A DNA stretch of 64,000 nucleotides from Eledone cirrhosa (Eukaryota), in NCBI GenBank assembly GCA_964016885.1, contig OZ024755.1, positions 17,918,001-17,982,000 of the forward strand, written 5' to 3'. The notes below the pieces were generated by a model. It saw only the letters and a program-made list of their open reading frames with translations. It was not told where the DNA came from and ran no database searches. This document shows positions 25,850 through 39,443 of the stretch, one piece after another. Numbering within the stretch: the stretch's first letter is position 1; every line of letters starts with the position of its first letter. The position numbers were made by a program, and so were the translations under genes.

Positions 25850-26332
25850 TTGTTGTTGTTTAACAGCAGGTCGTCTCTCACTGAGCTGCTGTTGCTATTG
25901 TTGTATAACAGCAGATCATCTCTCACTGAGCTGCTGTTGTTATTGTTGTTTAGCAGCAGGTCATCTCTCACTGAGCAACTGTTGTTGTTGATCTTTAACA
26001 GCAGGTCGTCTCTCACTGAGCTGTTGTTGCTATTGTTGTATAACAGCAGGTCATCTCTCACTGAGCTGCTGTTGTTATTGTTGTTTAGCAGCAGGTCATC
26101 TCTCACTGAGCAACTGTTGTTGTTGATCTTTAACAGCAGGTCGTCTCTCACTGAGCTGCTGTTGCTATTGTTGTATAACAGCAGGTCATCTCTCACTGAG
26201 CTGCTGTTGTTTAGCAGCAGGTCATCTCTCACTGAGTTGCTGTTGTTATTGTTGTTTAGCAGCAGGTCATCTCCCACTGAGCAACTGTTGTTGTTGATCT
26301 TTAACAGCAGGTCGTCTCTCACTGAGCTGCTG
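25850..26332. repeat. 45-bp minisatellite (~10.5 units) with a 135-bp A-B-C higher-order repeat
   Basis: cagcaggtc(a/g)tctctcactgagc starts at 25864, 25909, 25954, 25999...; three tail variants cycle. Confidence 0.9.
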
Positions 26333-29294
26333 AAATCATTTTTGTATAGGTAATCTAGAACCACATATTTTACTTAATACCGGGATGTTATTCCAGGGAA
26401 ATTTAGTTGCCCTATCTAGCAGGTTAACCGACCATGTAGAAGCTCCCCCATTCTTTGGCTGATGAAGATTATAATTAATAATAATTACCAATATGGCAAT
26501 CCTGTATCTTTATCATTGAAATGTATTTTGTCATAAAGTGGAAGATTCATGGCTTACTGGTTAAAGAATTGGTTTCGCAAACATGAGGTTTTGATTTTGA
26601 TTCCCGGACCAGGTGATGCTTTATGTCCTTGCAGAAGACACTTTATTTCATGTTGCTCCTTCTACCAGGAGTTGTGATAATATCAGCAATGGTGCTTTTT
26701 ATTGCATCACCAAAACAACTCATTGACAAGCCTGACTGGGCACTTTTAATTATGACACCAAAACTTTTGATAATACCTTGACCTTCACTGATACAGGAAG
26801 TTGGCTATTTCTGTAGTAATTAACACCATAGGGATAGTGATAGCGTTAACAAACAAAGTATACAATATTTAGGTAACATTTGAGACATATGATCTGGAGT
26901 TAAACTCTTAACATCCTGTAATGGTTTAGCAGAAAATATCTAGACATGGATTTGTGAATTTAAATGTTTTATAATATCTTTACTAGTGAATAAAACATTG
27001 TGAAAATTTAGAGTCTTTTTTGTTGCAGAAATTGTTAGAACATTGGATAGAATGCTTTGTGGTACTTGTTCCGCATCTCTGAGTTCAAATCCTATCGAGG
27101 TCAATTTTGTCTTTTATCTTTTCAAGATCTATAAATAAAGTACAAATCCAGTACTGGGGTCAATTCTTCCTATATATCTCTTTCCTACTTTCACTCTCAT
27201 TCTCTCTTTCCTTCTCTTCAAAAAATCACCTGTGTTCAGACCTGGAGAGAGAGCACGGGCTCCGCCAGGTTTTAAAAAATGACCAAAATACACCATATGC
27301 CCCCCCCCCTCCCCCCTTCCTACGACTTCATCAGGAGATACAAGTTCATTCATACATTCAGGTCAGGTCTCCAGTCAGAGGAAAACTCTCTCCCTTGTTC
27401 CTTAGTCTTTGGTGGAGGATTGTATGGTCATGATTGTTCTCCTTCCTCTGACTTGCACCGCCATTTTCTTTTTATTTGTTTCACTTTTTGATGAATCAAG
27501 TTCAGGTTTCAGTCTCAATTATCAGAAATGTTTAGATCTATCATCATCATCATCATCATCATCATCATCTAACCTCTGTTTTTCCACACTTGCATGGGTT
27601 GAACAGGTTCTCACATTATGAGACATGTCAGGTCAGAAGACCATATCTCGCTCATACAGATCTCTATTTTGGCTAGGTTTCTACAACTGGATGCTCTTCC
27701 TAACACTAAACTTGTAAAACTTTTAAGACCCACTTTGTTAGATAATTTGGTGCACAAAATAGACAGACTACCGCAAACCTGCTTTTTCAAATAATACTGG
27801 GACAATGTTAAATTAAGTACCTTGTTCAAGGATACAATACAACACCCAAGAGATATGTTTATGATTTTATTTGCTTATTAATTCATGTTCTGACCCCACT
27901 GTTAGTTCTACAATATTGTGGTTTAGAATAGCTATGCCGTATCCTTCTATGTGTCATGAGAGCTAACTAAAAGAGTTGACTCAACCAAGGGTATTCAGAT
28001 GTAAAAACATTGCCTCAAAATGGAGTGACTTCATGAGTATGACGTTTGTCATGTACACAATAATCGCTTTCTAAATCTCCTAAATATGAAACGGGTTGTT
28101 TATGAACTCTACAATGTTTAATTTCAAAAAATATATACATATTTGATAACTTTCAGTGAGTATTGGCCCAGGTCATGTCTAACTTAACAACACCACCTGG
28201 TGAAGTCTTTCAGATCATGATTCACATCCCAGTCATATTTTTGGCACCATGGCCCACTCTAGTAGAAAGTTGTTATTTTCTGAGACATAGTGTAGAGGGT
28301 TTATCCGGAATTTCTTGGAGGAATTTGTCCAGAGACACTTTGAATTTTATATCTGTTTCTGTTCTGATGTGTGATATTAAAGAGTGCTGGACCAGTCGAG
28401 GTGAAACAGTTCTGCTGTAATGTTATGAAATGCTAGTTTATATATGCACACACATACACATATATGCACTCACATACACATATATGCACTCACACTCATT
28501 TTTGCTTATGTTGTTTTTTTAACGTTTTCATTAATAAATTTTTATCAACTTTCTGAAGCTGTTTGTTTTGTTTTGTATTCTCTGAAATATGTATAGCTGC
28601 TATTGGTTAGGAATATACAATTAAAACTAATTCACATGTTGGACTTCAACCCTAATGGAAAGCTGCAAGTGTTAAAAAACAAAAAATTATAAGATTTTAT
28701 CTCTGAACTTTTTCACTTTTGGACTAGATTTCATTTTAATTGTTTAAACTAGGTTTCATTTTAAATTCATTTGCTTGAGGTCAAATTTTCATTTATTGTT
28801 GTTTACATTTGTTGAAAAAACCCTTATATATGCTAATCTGAATATAAGCCGACCCCCTTTTTTATGTCTGAGAAATAGGTAAATATCCAAATCCCGTGTA
28901 TAAGCTGAGGCATGTAATCAACACATTATGTTTAAATGGTGTGGTTTTGAAATTCTCATGAGTGGAAAATATATTTATGAAGTTTTAATATTTCCATATT
29001 TAAAACGTTTTAAGTGTCGTTTTGTTTCACATCTCAATCATGTAATGATTTTTAACCAATTTCCAACAGTTTTGAAGGCTATATTTAAAAAAAAAAACAT
29101 TAAAAAACAATAGAAATTTCACCTTGAAAGTGAAACTGATGTAATATTCATCTCCAAAGGGAAAGTATTTTACACTTCATTTATGTAGAATTTGAAATTG
29201 GTGAAAATTTACAAAATAGTGGCCTCGAGTATGTGCCCCCCCCCCCTCCCAATTTTACCATCAAATTTTTGGTCACATTAAATGATAATGATAG

Positions 29295-29460
29295 TATGAC
29301 GTGGTCAAACTGTACCTATATATGACAAGTGGTCAAACTACCTATAGATGGCATGTAGACAGACTCTACTTATAGATGACATGTGGTCAAACTTTACCTA
29401 TAGATGACATGTGGTCAAACTGTACTCATATATGACATGTGGACAAACTGTACCTATAAA
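29295..29460. repeat. ~27-bp minisatellite (atgacatgtggtcaaactgtacctatag)
   Basis: About 6 diverged tandem copies. Confidence 0.75.
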
Positions 29461-30477
29461 TAACTTCAGTCCTCTACCAGTCCTTGAATTTTACTACACT
29501 ACTTTAAGAATAATAATCTTACTGAGATCAACTTTGCTTGTCTTACACAAAACTATGATGGTAGGATTTTAGATAATTATAAACACTTTAAAATAACAAC
29601 CTTAGTATTGTAGAACCAGGGATTGTTTCAGGCATTTTTTTTACATTGGAACCCTCCATATACAATATTCAAACAAATACAGAAAATCTGTTTATTCTAT
29701 CAATCTGCATGACCAAACTTAACTGGAGGCAGATTAAATGGGTTGATTCAAGCATTTTTATCAAGAGTTAAATCGTTGGCATCCTCCATATGCAATATTC
29801 AAGCAGACACAAAAAATCTGTTTATTCTATCAATCTGCATGACCAAACTTACCTGGAGGCAGATTAAATGTCTAAATGATTGAGATGAGTTATTTATTGT
29901 TAATAAGATTATAATTTGTTGGACTATTAACCTCAACTTTACAGATGAAATTGTAAAGGCGGTGAATTGGTAGAGTCATTAGAATGTCAGATAGAATGCT
30001 TTGTAGTATTTATTTCCGCTCTCTGAGTTCAAATCCCGCTGAGGTCGACTTTGCTTTTCATCCATTCAAGGTCGATACAAAAGAAAGTACCAATCAAGTA
30101 CTAGGGTCGATTCTTCCTCTATATCTCTTTCTCACTTCCATTCTCTCACTCTCTATCCTTCTCTGGAAGAAATTTGCTGTATTCAGACATTGAGAGGAAA
30201 TGGGCTCTGCCAGGTTTAAAAATACTCTAGATACGCTGTATGTCAATATGGCGTTCCTGTGACTCCACCAGGAATTACAGGGCCATATATCCATCCATTA
30301 CAGATGAAACATTAATGTGAAAGTGAGATAAATTTAAAACTTTGAGCCTCTGGAATTTGGACAAATCTTTAACTCAAAACTTCTTAACCAACCAACACAA
30401 ATATTCTTTCTAAAAATGTATTGCGATCTTATTATCTCCTGACTGTTTTATTATCTGCGTGTTTTTATCTATTTTAG

Positions 30478-30583
30478 ATAAACCATTCCTGCCAACTAAT
30501 ATAATCTACAATAGAAAAGTATCTTGTGGTGATATAACTCCAGGTATATATACTTCCAAAACATGGACATGCTCAAACATTAG
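30478..30583 (+). CDS. Exon 2: (D)KPFLPTNIIYNRKVSCGDITPGIYTSKTWTCSNI(R)
   Basis: Acceptor ttttag|, donor AG|gtaagt; 106 nt, phase 1 to phase 2, no stop codon. Confidence 0.8.
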
Positions 30584-30601
30584 GTAAGTTGCTGTTTCTA
30601 T

Positions 30602-30817
30602 TTAACCCTTTAACATTTTACATTATTCTATACTTTCTATTGTATTTTTACAGTAAAGGCTTTATCTCACATAATATCGAATCTACGAGATTTTGAGAAT
30701 ATCTATTTTGAGAACAATACTTTAATGTAGGTATGAGCAGTCAGTTACGGCTGGTTTGAACAGAAAGAGGTGAGCGAGTTCTGGCTGGATATGGCCGGTT
30801 TAAATGCTAAAGAGTTA
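30602..30817 (+). mobile_element. TTAA-flanked piggyBac-like MITE
   Basis: ttaaccctttaacatt ... aatgctaaagagttaa; inverted copy at 32177-32394, third copy at 34808-35120. Confidence 0.65.
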
Positions 30818-32176
30818 ACCCTTTTGTTACCTGCCCAGCCAAAACTGGTTCTGAATCTATGAAATAAAACCACCCATTTTAAAGGTTTCCTATTTAAATT
30901 AAAATCTTCCAATATAATTTTATTTAAGAACCTTACATTAAGTTACTATCTTAGTAATGAAATAATTAATAATTTTAGTAAATCTTTCAAAATTAATTAA
31001 TTAAAACAGACTGTATTTCATTAGAAATGCGGTCATGAAACTGTCTGAAATCACCCCTGGTTCTCCAATACAAAACTGCTTGTTTTAAAGTGGCTTAGTG
31101 GTTAGAGAATTGGATCCACAATCATGAGGTCATGCATTCCATTCCCAGACCGGGTGTTGCATTATGTCCTTGATCAAGACACTTTATTTCACATTGCTCT
31201 TTCTGCCAGTAGTTGCAACCAATAGATAGTATCAGCAATAGAAAGACCAATGGAAACATTGTTTCCTTGGTGCGATTTGATGAGCTCCACCCAACTCCGT
31301 AAGCAAATGAGGTCTGGGATCTTGTCAATCAATCGATTCTCCATTTTTTTATTTCTATTTTCAAACCTTCATAATTCTATGTAAGAACCTTTGTTAATTT
31401 ATGTTCCAAACACCAGATAAATAACGAGGATGTAAGTTATATTACTAAATCTCTTTAAATTCCTGATAATTTTGAAAATGATTTTAAAATATTGTAAAGA
31501 AAGGTTTAAATATTTATAACTACTGAAAAGAATTAAAGAAACTGTACTAGTATCTTGGAAGTTCTTTACCTTTGGGTCGTTCTCTCTCTTTCTTTCATTC
31601 AGATTGCTTATCTCTGTTTGCCTTATTGACCATATAAAATGACCATGCTGATCATGAAAGGTTTAAGGACTAACTAGTTGTCCAGTATTAGTCTCCACAA
31701 GTTAAAGCAGAGTTCTGTACTTTGCTCAGAAGCATAGTAGCACAATGGCTCTAAGATCAAATTTAACTCTTTTGACCATGTAGGTTAACATCACAGCCAA
31801 TAAGCTTTATATTAAATTTATATATCTAAATAAATCCCCAGCAAAATATCTGTTATTTATTTAAACTCAAGACTTTTGAGATGATAATCTAACAATGTAG
31901 TTATTCAGTCTTTTTCCTCCTACATAAGCAACTCTGCAGTTATCTGTTTGACAGCTTTATCTTCTGTTTCTTATATAGTTTGGTTATTTTATCTGATAAA
32001 ATATGGCTTTTTATGAAATCAAGAAGCCTTGGATTTGTTGGGAAGAAGATTATGTGGCGTTTATGCCTTTCTTTGATAAAATATGGGTTGTTATGAAATC
32101 AAGAAACCTTGGGTTTGTTGGGAAGAAGATTATGTGGAGTTTATGCCTTTCTTTGATAAAATATGTTTTATTTAAT

Positions 32177-32394
32177 TAACTCTTTAGCATTTAAACCAGC
32201 CATATCCGACCAGAATTCTCTCACCTCTTTCTGTTCAAACCGGCTGTAAGTGGCCACTCATACTGATGTTAAGGTATTCTAAAATAAGTAATATCAAAAT
32301 CTCATAGATTCAATATTGTGAGATATGTGCAATAAAGCCTTTACCATGAAAATACAATAGTAAATATAGAGTAATATAAATGTTAAAGGGTTAA
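32177..32394 (-). mobile_element. Inverted copy of the TTAA-flanked MITE
   Basis: Reverse-complement match to 30602-30817 along its length. Confidence 0.7.
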
Positions 32395-33559
32395 ACATTG
32401 GTCATGTAATATAACTTTTATTTAGAAACTATAGAACCAGTTTAACAAACTTTATATTTTCAAAATATACTTAGTTTGAAAGTTGCAACTCGCTGTGGCA
32501 AAGGGTACCAAGTTACCAGGCAAAATGTGTATGGTGTATATTGTCTTTAGGGCTGTTTTGTAACCATAATTATCAAGGAGTCCATTGTAAGGTTACAATT
32601 TACTATTGGATACCCTTTTTGGTGCCCACCCTTTTAGTAGCCTTTTATGGTACACAGAAATATAGTGTTCTGGATACACACAGACAGCAGCAGGACAAAA
32701 TGGAGTAGCTTGTTATGGGACCTGCTCGGCTAACCTCTTCTTTAGTTGTGAAAATAGCCATAAAATGCTTGTTGTGTTGTGGGCTGTTCTGTGTCTCTAT
32801 TTCATTGGTCTGGCATATCATCATTTGACGTCTGCTTTTCCTGCTAGCAAGGGTTGGACAGGTCTACATAGACCAAATCAGTACTGAAGCAGGGTCACTG
32901 ATGTCCCAGGCTGGCTGAGGAGGTCCGTATCCTGCTTACATATGGTCATTAATGAGTGCAGACGAGAAGTTGTATCTTTTGGCACAAACTGAAGGATCCC
33001 CCTAACCCCTTGTTTGGCAAGCTTTCTATGTCTGGATGCCCTTTCTAACACTAACCACTTTACTGCATGTACTAGGTGCTTTATCATGTAGATCACCAAC
33101 ACTAGGGAGGATGTACCTTCTTATCACCAACCACTTTACATTGTGCACTGAGTGCATTCATCATGTAGATCATATCATCATCATCATCATCACTGTCTTA
33201 CATCCCTTCTTCCACGCTAGCATGGGTTAGACGAGTTGCCCTGTGCCATGCCTGTTTATACAGAACTGATTTTGGCTTGGTTTCTACAGCTGGATACCCT
33301 TCCTAACACCAAACTCGTTTACAGTGAGTACAGGGTGTTTTTTGATGTGACACCTACGCAACCATATATGGATATAAATATTTAACATGGGTAAAGAGGA
33401 GAATAGTTCTTTGTTGCAAGCCGCCAGAACTTTAAATAGCATTATTGTCATAATGTTGCATTGCTGGCTTGGAAGTTTTCCATTGTGTTCCAATAGCCAA
33501 GTGGGATACAGGACATTCCACCAATCACCAATTATAATGTATTTTCTGTTTTATTTCAG

Positions 33560-33716
33560 AGTTGATGGTCGAAAAATTGCATTTGGACATTACCCATTAA
33601 AAGCACAACATGTGGAAAACCAATGTTTTGATACAAATGGTACTGATGATGTTGCTGGTATCTGTTTGGGTCTCATGAAACATGTTAATGAAAGTGCAAA
33701 ATTATGGGCAGCTTCA
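33560..33716 (+). CDS. Exon 3: VDGRKIAFGHYPLKAQHVENQCFDTNGTDDVAGICLGLMKHVNESAKLWAAS
   Basis: Acceptor ttatttcag|, donor TCA|gtaagt; 157 nt, phase 2 to phase 0. Confidence 0.85.
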
Positions 33717-34807
33717 GTAAGTATCTCAGAACCCTTTGAATAACATATTTGAGATTTATTTTCAACATTATTTTTTTTGATGTGAAGAGAATCTGGCTTG
33801 GGTTTAGTTGATTGTTGCAATTCAAGTCACAGTCCTTATGTGGAGTTGCTACCGTCTCAGATGAGTCCACATCTCACTTGTACATTCTATTTTTAGGTAT
33901 TGTTTTCTATGGATTGATGCCCTTCCTAATGTCAACCACCACTTGTTTCATTATCATCATCATCTCATCACACGTCCATTTTTCCATGCTAACACGAGTT
34001 AAACGAGTTGTCCCATTGTGAGACAATCCTGAGATCAGATGACCATGTCTTGCTCATATAGAACTGTTTCTAACTTGGTTTCTATGACTGGATGCCCTTC
34101 CTAATGCCAACCATATTTGCAGAGTCTACTGGGTGGTCACCAACACGACCACTTTAGAGCATGGACTGAGGTGCATGGGGAAGTAGATTTAGGGATGTAG
34201 GTGAAAGCTGTGTGGGGTGTTAGGACATGCATGGAGTGTTAGAACGTGGGAAGTGCATGAAAGGGGTCGGGAGCGGTGCATACTAGATGCGTGCTTCAAC
34301 CCGTACACATGGAAAGACGGGTCTTTTGTATTACTGCATAACTCCAGAGATTTCAGTCCTGTATCATTGCCTCTGAGAGGTGCAATTGTGTAAACAAAAA
34401 TGAAAATGAAAATTTGACCTCAAGTAAATTAAAATGAAACCCAATGTAAGCAAAGTCTAGTCCAAAAGTGAAAAAGTTCCCAGATATTAAAAGTTCCCAG
34501 ATATTGTGTTGATTAGCTGCCTCAGTTTATACACAAAGTATGGATTTTTGCCCATTTCTCAGATATACAATAGGGGAAGGGTCGACTTGTATTTGAGCAT
34601 ATATGGTAATTGCTGCATTACATATGACCATTCTCAGTCTGTCTGTCTATCTGTTCGTTTGAAACATTATACTTTTGTTCCCATCCTATGTCTAGCTATC
34701 ATTGTTTACTAACTTACTATTAATTTACATTCTGAACACTGTCAGCGTTGCAGTGTCTTTAAATAGCTGACTTAAACAGATTCAACTGTGTTCACTCTTA
34801 CTGCCAA

Positions 34808-35120
34808 TTAACCCTTTAGCTTTCACATTACTCTATATTTACTATTGTATTTTCACAGAAAAGGCTTTACCTCACATTATATCAAAACTTTGCCTTTCAT
34901 CCTGACGGGGTCGATAAAATAAAGTACCAGTAATGCACTGGGCAATTGCTGGTCTTGTGCCAAAAGTAGAAACAATTATATCAAAACTACGAGATTTTGA
35001 TACTATCTATTTTGAGAACAATACCTTAACGTCAGTATGAGCAGCTAGTTACAGTTTGAACAGAAACAGGTGAAAGAATTCTGGCCGTATATAGCCGGTT
35101 TATATACGAAAGGGATAAAT
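34808..35120 (+). mobile_element. TTAA MITE interrupted by a 5'-truncated family-1 SINE (34890-34974)
   Basis: 14-bp TSD attatatcaaaact at 34876-34889 and 34975-34988 flanks the SINE piece; MITE sequence resumes after it. Confidence 0.8.
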
Positions 35121-36621
35121 AAACTCTTTCGATACCCACCCATATTCTTATTTAAATCTATAGGATTTCTTTAAAATGTTTAATAGAAACAAAAGCCTAG
35201 TTGTGTGGCCTGGTAGCAAAAGGTTACCAACAACAATAATGTAAATCTATGCGAGCCAGATGATATTGTATGTCACTTTTAGGGCAGTGGATTGGCAGTA
35301 TCGGTAGAGAGTTGGACGCCATGCTTTGCAGCATAGAGTTACGCCCCTTTATGATTTGAGTTCAAATCCCACTGAGGTTAACTTGGCCTTTCATCCTTAC
35401 GGGGTCGATAAAATAAAGCACCAGTAATACATTGCCAAAAGTAGAAACAATTATGTCACTTGTTTCTTTCAGTAAATTTCTCTTGGTAATCCAATAAGTT
35501 TTTATGAAATACAGTAGGTAATGGCGTATTCTAAAATATTAATTACTCATTGTGTTAGTTGATAAGCACCAACCTGAATATTTCAAGATCAATACAACAT
35601 TTATACAATATCAAAACATCATAATATTGGTTTCTGATTTAGGCACAAGGCCAGCCATTTTTGGGAGAAAGGAAAGTCGATTAAATCGATCCCAATGCAT
35701 TAGTGGTACTTTATTTTATCGACCCCGTAAGCATGAAAGGCAAAGCTAACCTTGGCATGTAAAAGGGTTCAGTCCCACTGTATGGTATCTTGGGTAAGTG
35801 TCTTTTACCATAGCCATTGGATTAACCCAAGCCTGAAGTGAAACTGGTTATAGGAAAATTGGATAGATTGTACTTGTTACATTAAGGGTACACACATCCA
35901 TGGAGTACCTAGACACTTATATTCGAATTTAATAAGTAGGCTGTTCTGTTGAACTGAAACACTCATGAAACCAACAGAGGTCTATTTACTTCTGCTAACT
36001 TGGTTTTGATTGGCCCAATATCTTTAGCATTGATTCCCATATTATTTTTCTATTTAATCCTTTTGATATCAAACTGTCCATGGTTCTGTGGTACAAAGCT
36101 GTTTGTTTTAAAGTCGTTATATTTATCTAAAACCCTTCTAATATAATTTTGTGTAAAAAATGTTGTTATGTTACAATCTCCAGCTCTATGATATTATCAT
36201 CACAGTTTTTACATCCCTTTTTCCATGCTTGCATGGGTCCTTTTCAACACAGCATCTTTCCACTTGCTGCATTCCTTTGCCATTTCCTCTGTGAGTCTCA
36301 GTGATCAGCTCTCACCTCCTCTGCCCAGGTCTTCCTTGGTGCTGTTTGATTGCTTGATGTTCGAGGAGTTCTCTCATATAGCTACTCTGGTCACCCCACT
36401 ACCATGTGCAGCACTAACATGACTAGTGTTAGCCCTTTATATACAATTAGTGTTAAACTTTGTTGTGATTTTCATAGTTTTTTGGGCAGTCCAAATTCTT
36501 GTTTTCAAAATTATTTAAAAATCATGGGTAGTAGTGTCTGTCATTATAAAAATGGTGATGTAGAGATTAATTTTCAAAGTTTATGTAAGTGTTTTTTTTT
36601 TTTTCTTTCTTATTTTTCCAG

Positions 36622-36771
36622 GTGACCAATGCTACATGTGATCATACCGAAGATGAAAGAGTAATTCTCACTTTTGACTCTACAGACAGTGAAAATGAGA
36701 AATACGTATGGAAGGACATGCCTGGAGGTTCTGGTTGGATTGAAACACTGCACTGCCTTACCTTGCGTTAA
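36622..36771 (+). CDS. Exon 4 (terminal): VTNATCDHTEDERVILTFDSTDSENEKYVWKDMPGGSGWIETLHCLTLR*
   Basis: Long polypyrimidine tract + ccag| acceptor, phase 0, TAA ending at 36771; several downstream AATAAA (e.g. ~37586, ~37788, ~38202). Confidence 0.85.
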   Translation: MTNATCDHTEDERVILTFDSTDSENEKYVWKDMPGGSGWIETLHCLTLR

Positions 36772-36794
36772 AAAAGAATACATATGTATGTTTA

Positions 36795-36828
<34 letters not shown>

Positions 36829-38398
36829 AACATATATATATATAGAGAAAAAAGAAGAAATCTCATCTACTCCAGAAGTCTGTTTTATATGCATTGTTAT
36901 CTCTGCATTGCTGCTGTAGCTTATAAATGATACATGAAAACAACATGGAACTCTTTTATCACACTAATTTTTCCACCATTGACCTTCCATACATACATTA
37001 CTGGATATATAACATACTATCATATATATATGTATATATATATATTTATATATATGTATATATATATTTATTTATATAAATATATATATATTTATATATA
37101 TACATATATTTATTTATATAAATATATATATGTATATATTTGAATATATATATTTATATAAATAAATATCGATATACATTTATATAAATATATATATATA
37201 TAATGTATCATTTGGCTGCTGTTAAGCTAGGAGGATAGGTTCATTCCATATGGACTTGAGGTTTACTTATTTCCTGCTGATTGTCTCTTATCTCACTTCA
37301 AACGAGATACCATTATTAACAGCACCAGCAGTAGTATTATAAACCTATTTCTGCTTTGCTTCCTTACCATATTGGAATATTCCAGAAAGTTCCCAGTTTT
37401 ATTGTTTGTTTGTTTTGTTTTTTTTGGTTTTTTTTCTGAATAATGTTTCCTTGTGGAGATTGGAAAATGGTCTTTCTGGTCACAACTCTGCAATAGTTGT
37501 GATTAGCAGTCAGTAAATTTTTTTTTTTTTTTTTGTGGTTGTGGTTGGGGGTGGGGGGTCGGCAGTTGGATGGGGTGGAATGAATGAATAAATGAATACC
37601 ATAAATAAAATATGAACACTTATTTTTTAAATGACTGATTTGCCACTGGTTTTTGTTACCTGTATGTTGAATTTGTGAACAGAAATTCATTCATTTTTTT
37701 CCATGTGTGTGTATGTGTTGATTGATATATAAATGTGAACCATGTTTTTTTTCAAAAAAATGCAAGAAAAGTTAATATACAGCCTTAAATAAAAATGAAA
37801 TATAATAATTAAAAAAAAAATCTTTTGAAAAGAAGCAAAAAAACAATATTTCCGATCTGATCAACTTTGGTATTTTGTTAGGAAAGTTTTCTTTTCAATC
37901 CTGCTGCAAAATAAATTGACTTTATATTAATTAAGCATGCCTGTCCTGATTAACTCTGTGTGTCTCTGGTATTTTTCCCCTACATCATTTGAATATGTTG
38001 TCTATACCATGTAGTATTTGTAAGCTTGCCTTCATCTTTTACAAGATGGTGGTAGCAGTGTTGTGTTGTCAATTTGTATTTTCTCATGTGTTATACAGGA
38101 ACAAGGATAATAAAGATAAAATGTATTTTAAATTATATGGAAAAAAAAACCTAAAGTCTCAATTTTGTAAATTTTTTTTAAATTTGTTCTTGTTTCTTTT
38201 AAATAAAATTAAAGAAAATCTTAAACCAAAATATGTGTTATGCCTAGTCTTTGTCAATGCACATAATATATATATGTATAAGGATTATACTAGTAAGAGA
38301 ATTATTCAGCTGAGTTCTTGTCGTTTTTACATTAGCTGTTGAAACTGTAAGAGTTCATTTATATATATATATATATAAATATATAACATTTATATATA

Positions 38399-39378
38399 CA
38401 GGGTCTTGCAGATAAATTGAGACCAATTTTAAGCAGTTGGCTTAGTGGGTTTAACATTTCATTTTTTGACAAAACCTTGCTTGCTTGCAAATCTATTCCT
38501 CCTATTTTTCAGGTAAATAGCGAACTGATTAGACAACAGAAAGTCATGGAACAACAGAATCGTTCTGCCATTGTTGTTTTGGCATGCGCCAGGCACACTG
38601 CCAATAAAGAAAATTAACGAAACTTCCAAAAACAACAGTTTATTGTGTGTATAAACAATTTGAAGAAGGGGGAAAGATTGATAGGAAAGAGCACAAGACT
38701 CGAAGTAATTCCAACTGCAATCCAAAGTTTCTTGCTGGCTTCGAGTGCTTGATTGAAACCAACCCATTCACATCCATGCAAAGAAACGCAATGTGTCCCG
38801 TTCCACAGTGTCCAGAACTGTGAACAGGAACCTTGGCATGACTAGCCATGTTTGATGACGCCATCACCTCCTAACAGACAAAGCTAAAGCAATCAGAGCC
38901 GAGAGATGCCCAAAGCTTCTGTCATTCATCAAACATCAAGGTGCAGGAAAATCTCTCGTGAAGAAGTTCACTGTGGACGCTGAGGTGAATTGCAGAAATT
39001 CTTGAGTGATTGCATACAACCCTTCTGACGTCCTCCCTGTGTTTCAGACTAAGAATCCTGTCTCTGTGGTGATATTTGGAGCCGTTGCGAGTGATGGAAG
39101 TGTCATGGATTCACACTTCATTGAGTCTGGCTTGATCGGCACAAAAGAGTATCTGGACATCCTGAAGAACTTGCTGTTACCTTGGATGGAACAGAAGTTT
39201 GGGCTTGACAATGGGCTTATCCAGGGTTCTGCACCATGCCATGAGCCAAAAGAAACACAGACCTTCCTTGATAAGAAGGTGCTATTTTTTGTGAGAACCA
39301 ACATCTGACCCAGTAAAAGCCCAGATTTCAACCTTCGCAATTACATTTTATGGGGCGTACTTTTAGTGAGGACCAATA
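38399..39378 (+). pseudogene. Decayed Tc1/mariner DD37D (maT-type) transposon, 3'-truncated
   Basis: TA|cagggt TIR start; MEQQNRSAIV N-terminus; TKNPVSVVIFG...YLDILKNLLLPW...Q(G)SAPCH...*PSKSPDFNLR(N)YILWG with 37 residues between the mutated 2nd and 3rd catalytic positions; stops and frameshifts. Confidence 0.85.
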
Positions 39379-39395
39379 TATATTTATATGTGTGC

Positions 39396-39441
<46 letters not shown>

Positions 39442-39443
<2 letters not shown>

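Noticed and set aside
25850-26332. CRISPR-like repeat-spacer array
   Set aside because: Spacers are mutually similar and recur cyclically; eukaryotic context with no cas genes.
29650-32165. Short local direct duplications (~130 bp at 29650-29870; ~78 bp at 31995-32165)
   Set aside because: Ordinary intronic tandem duplications with no sign of function.
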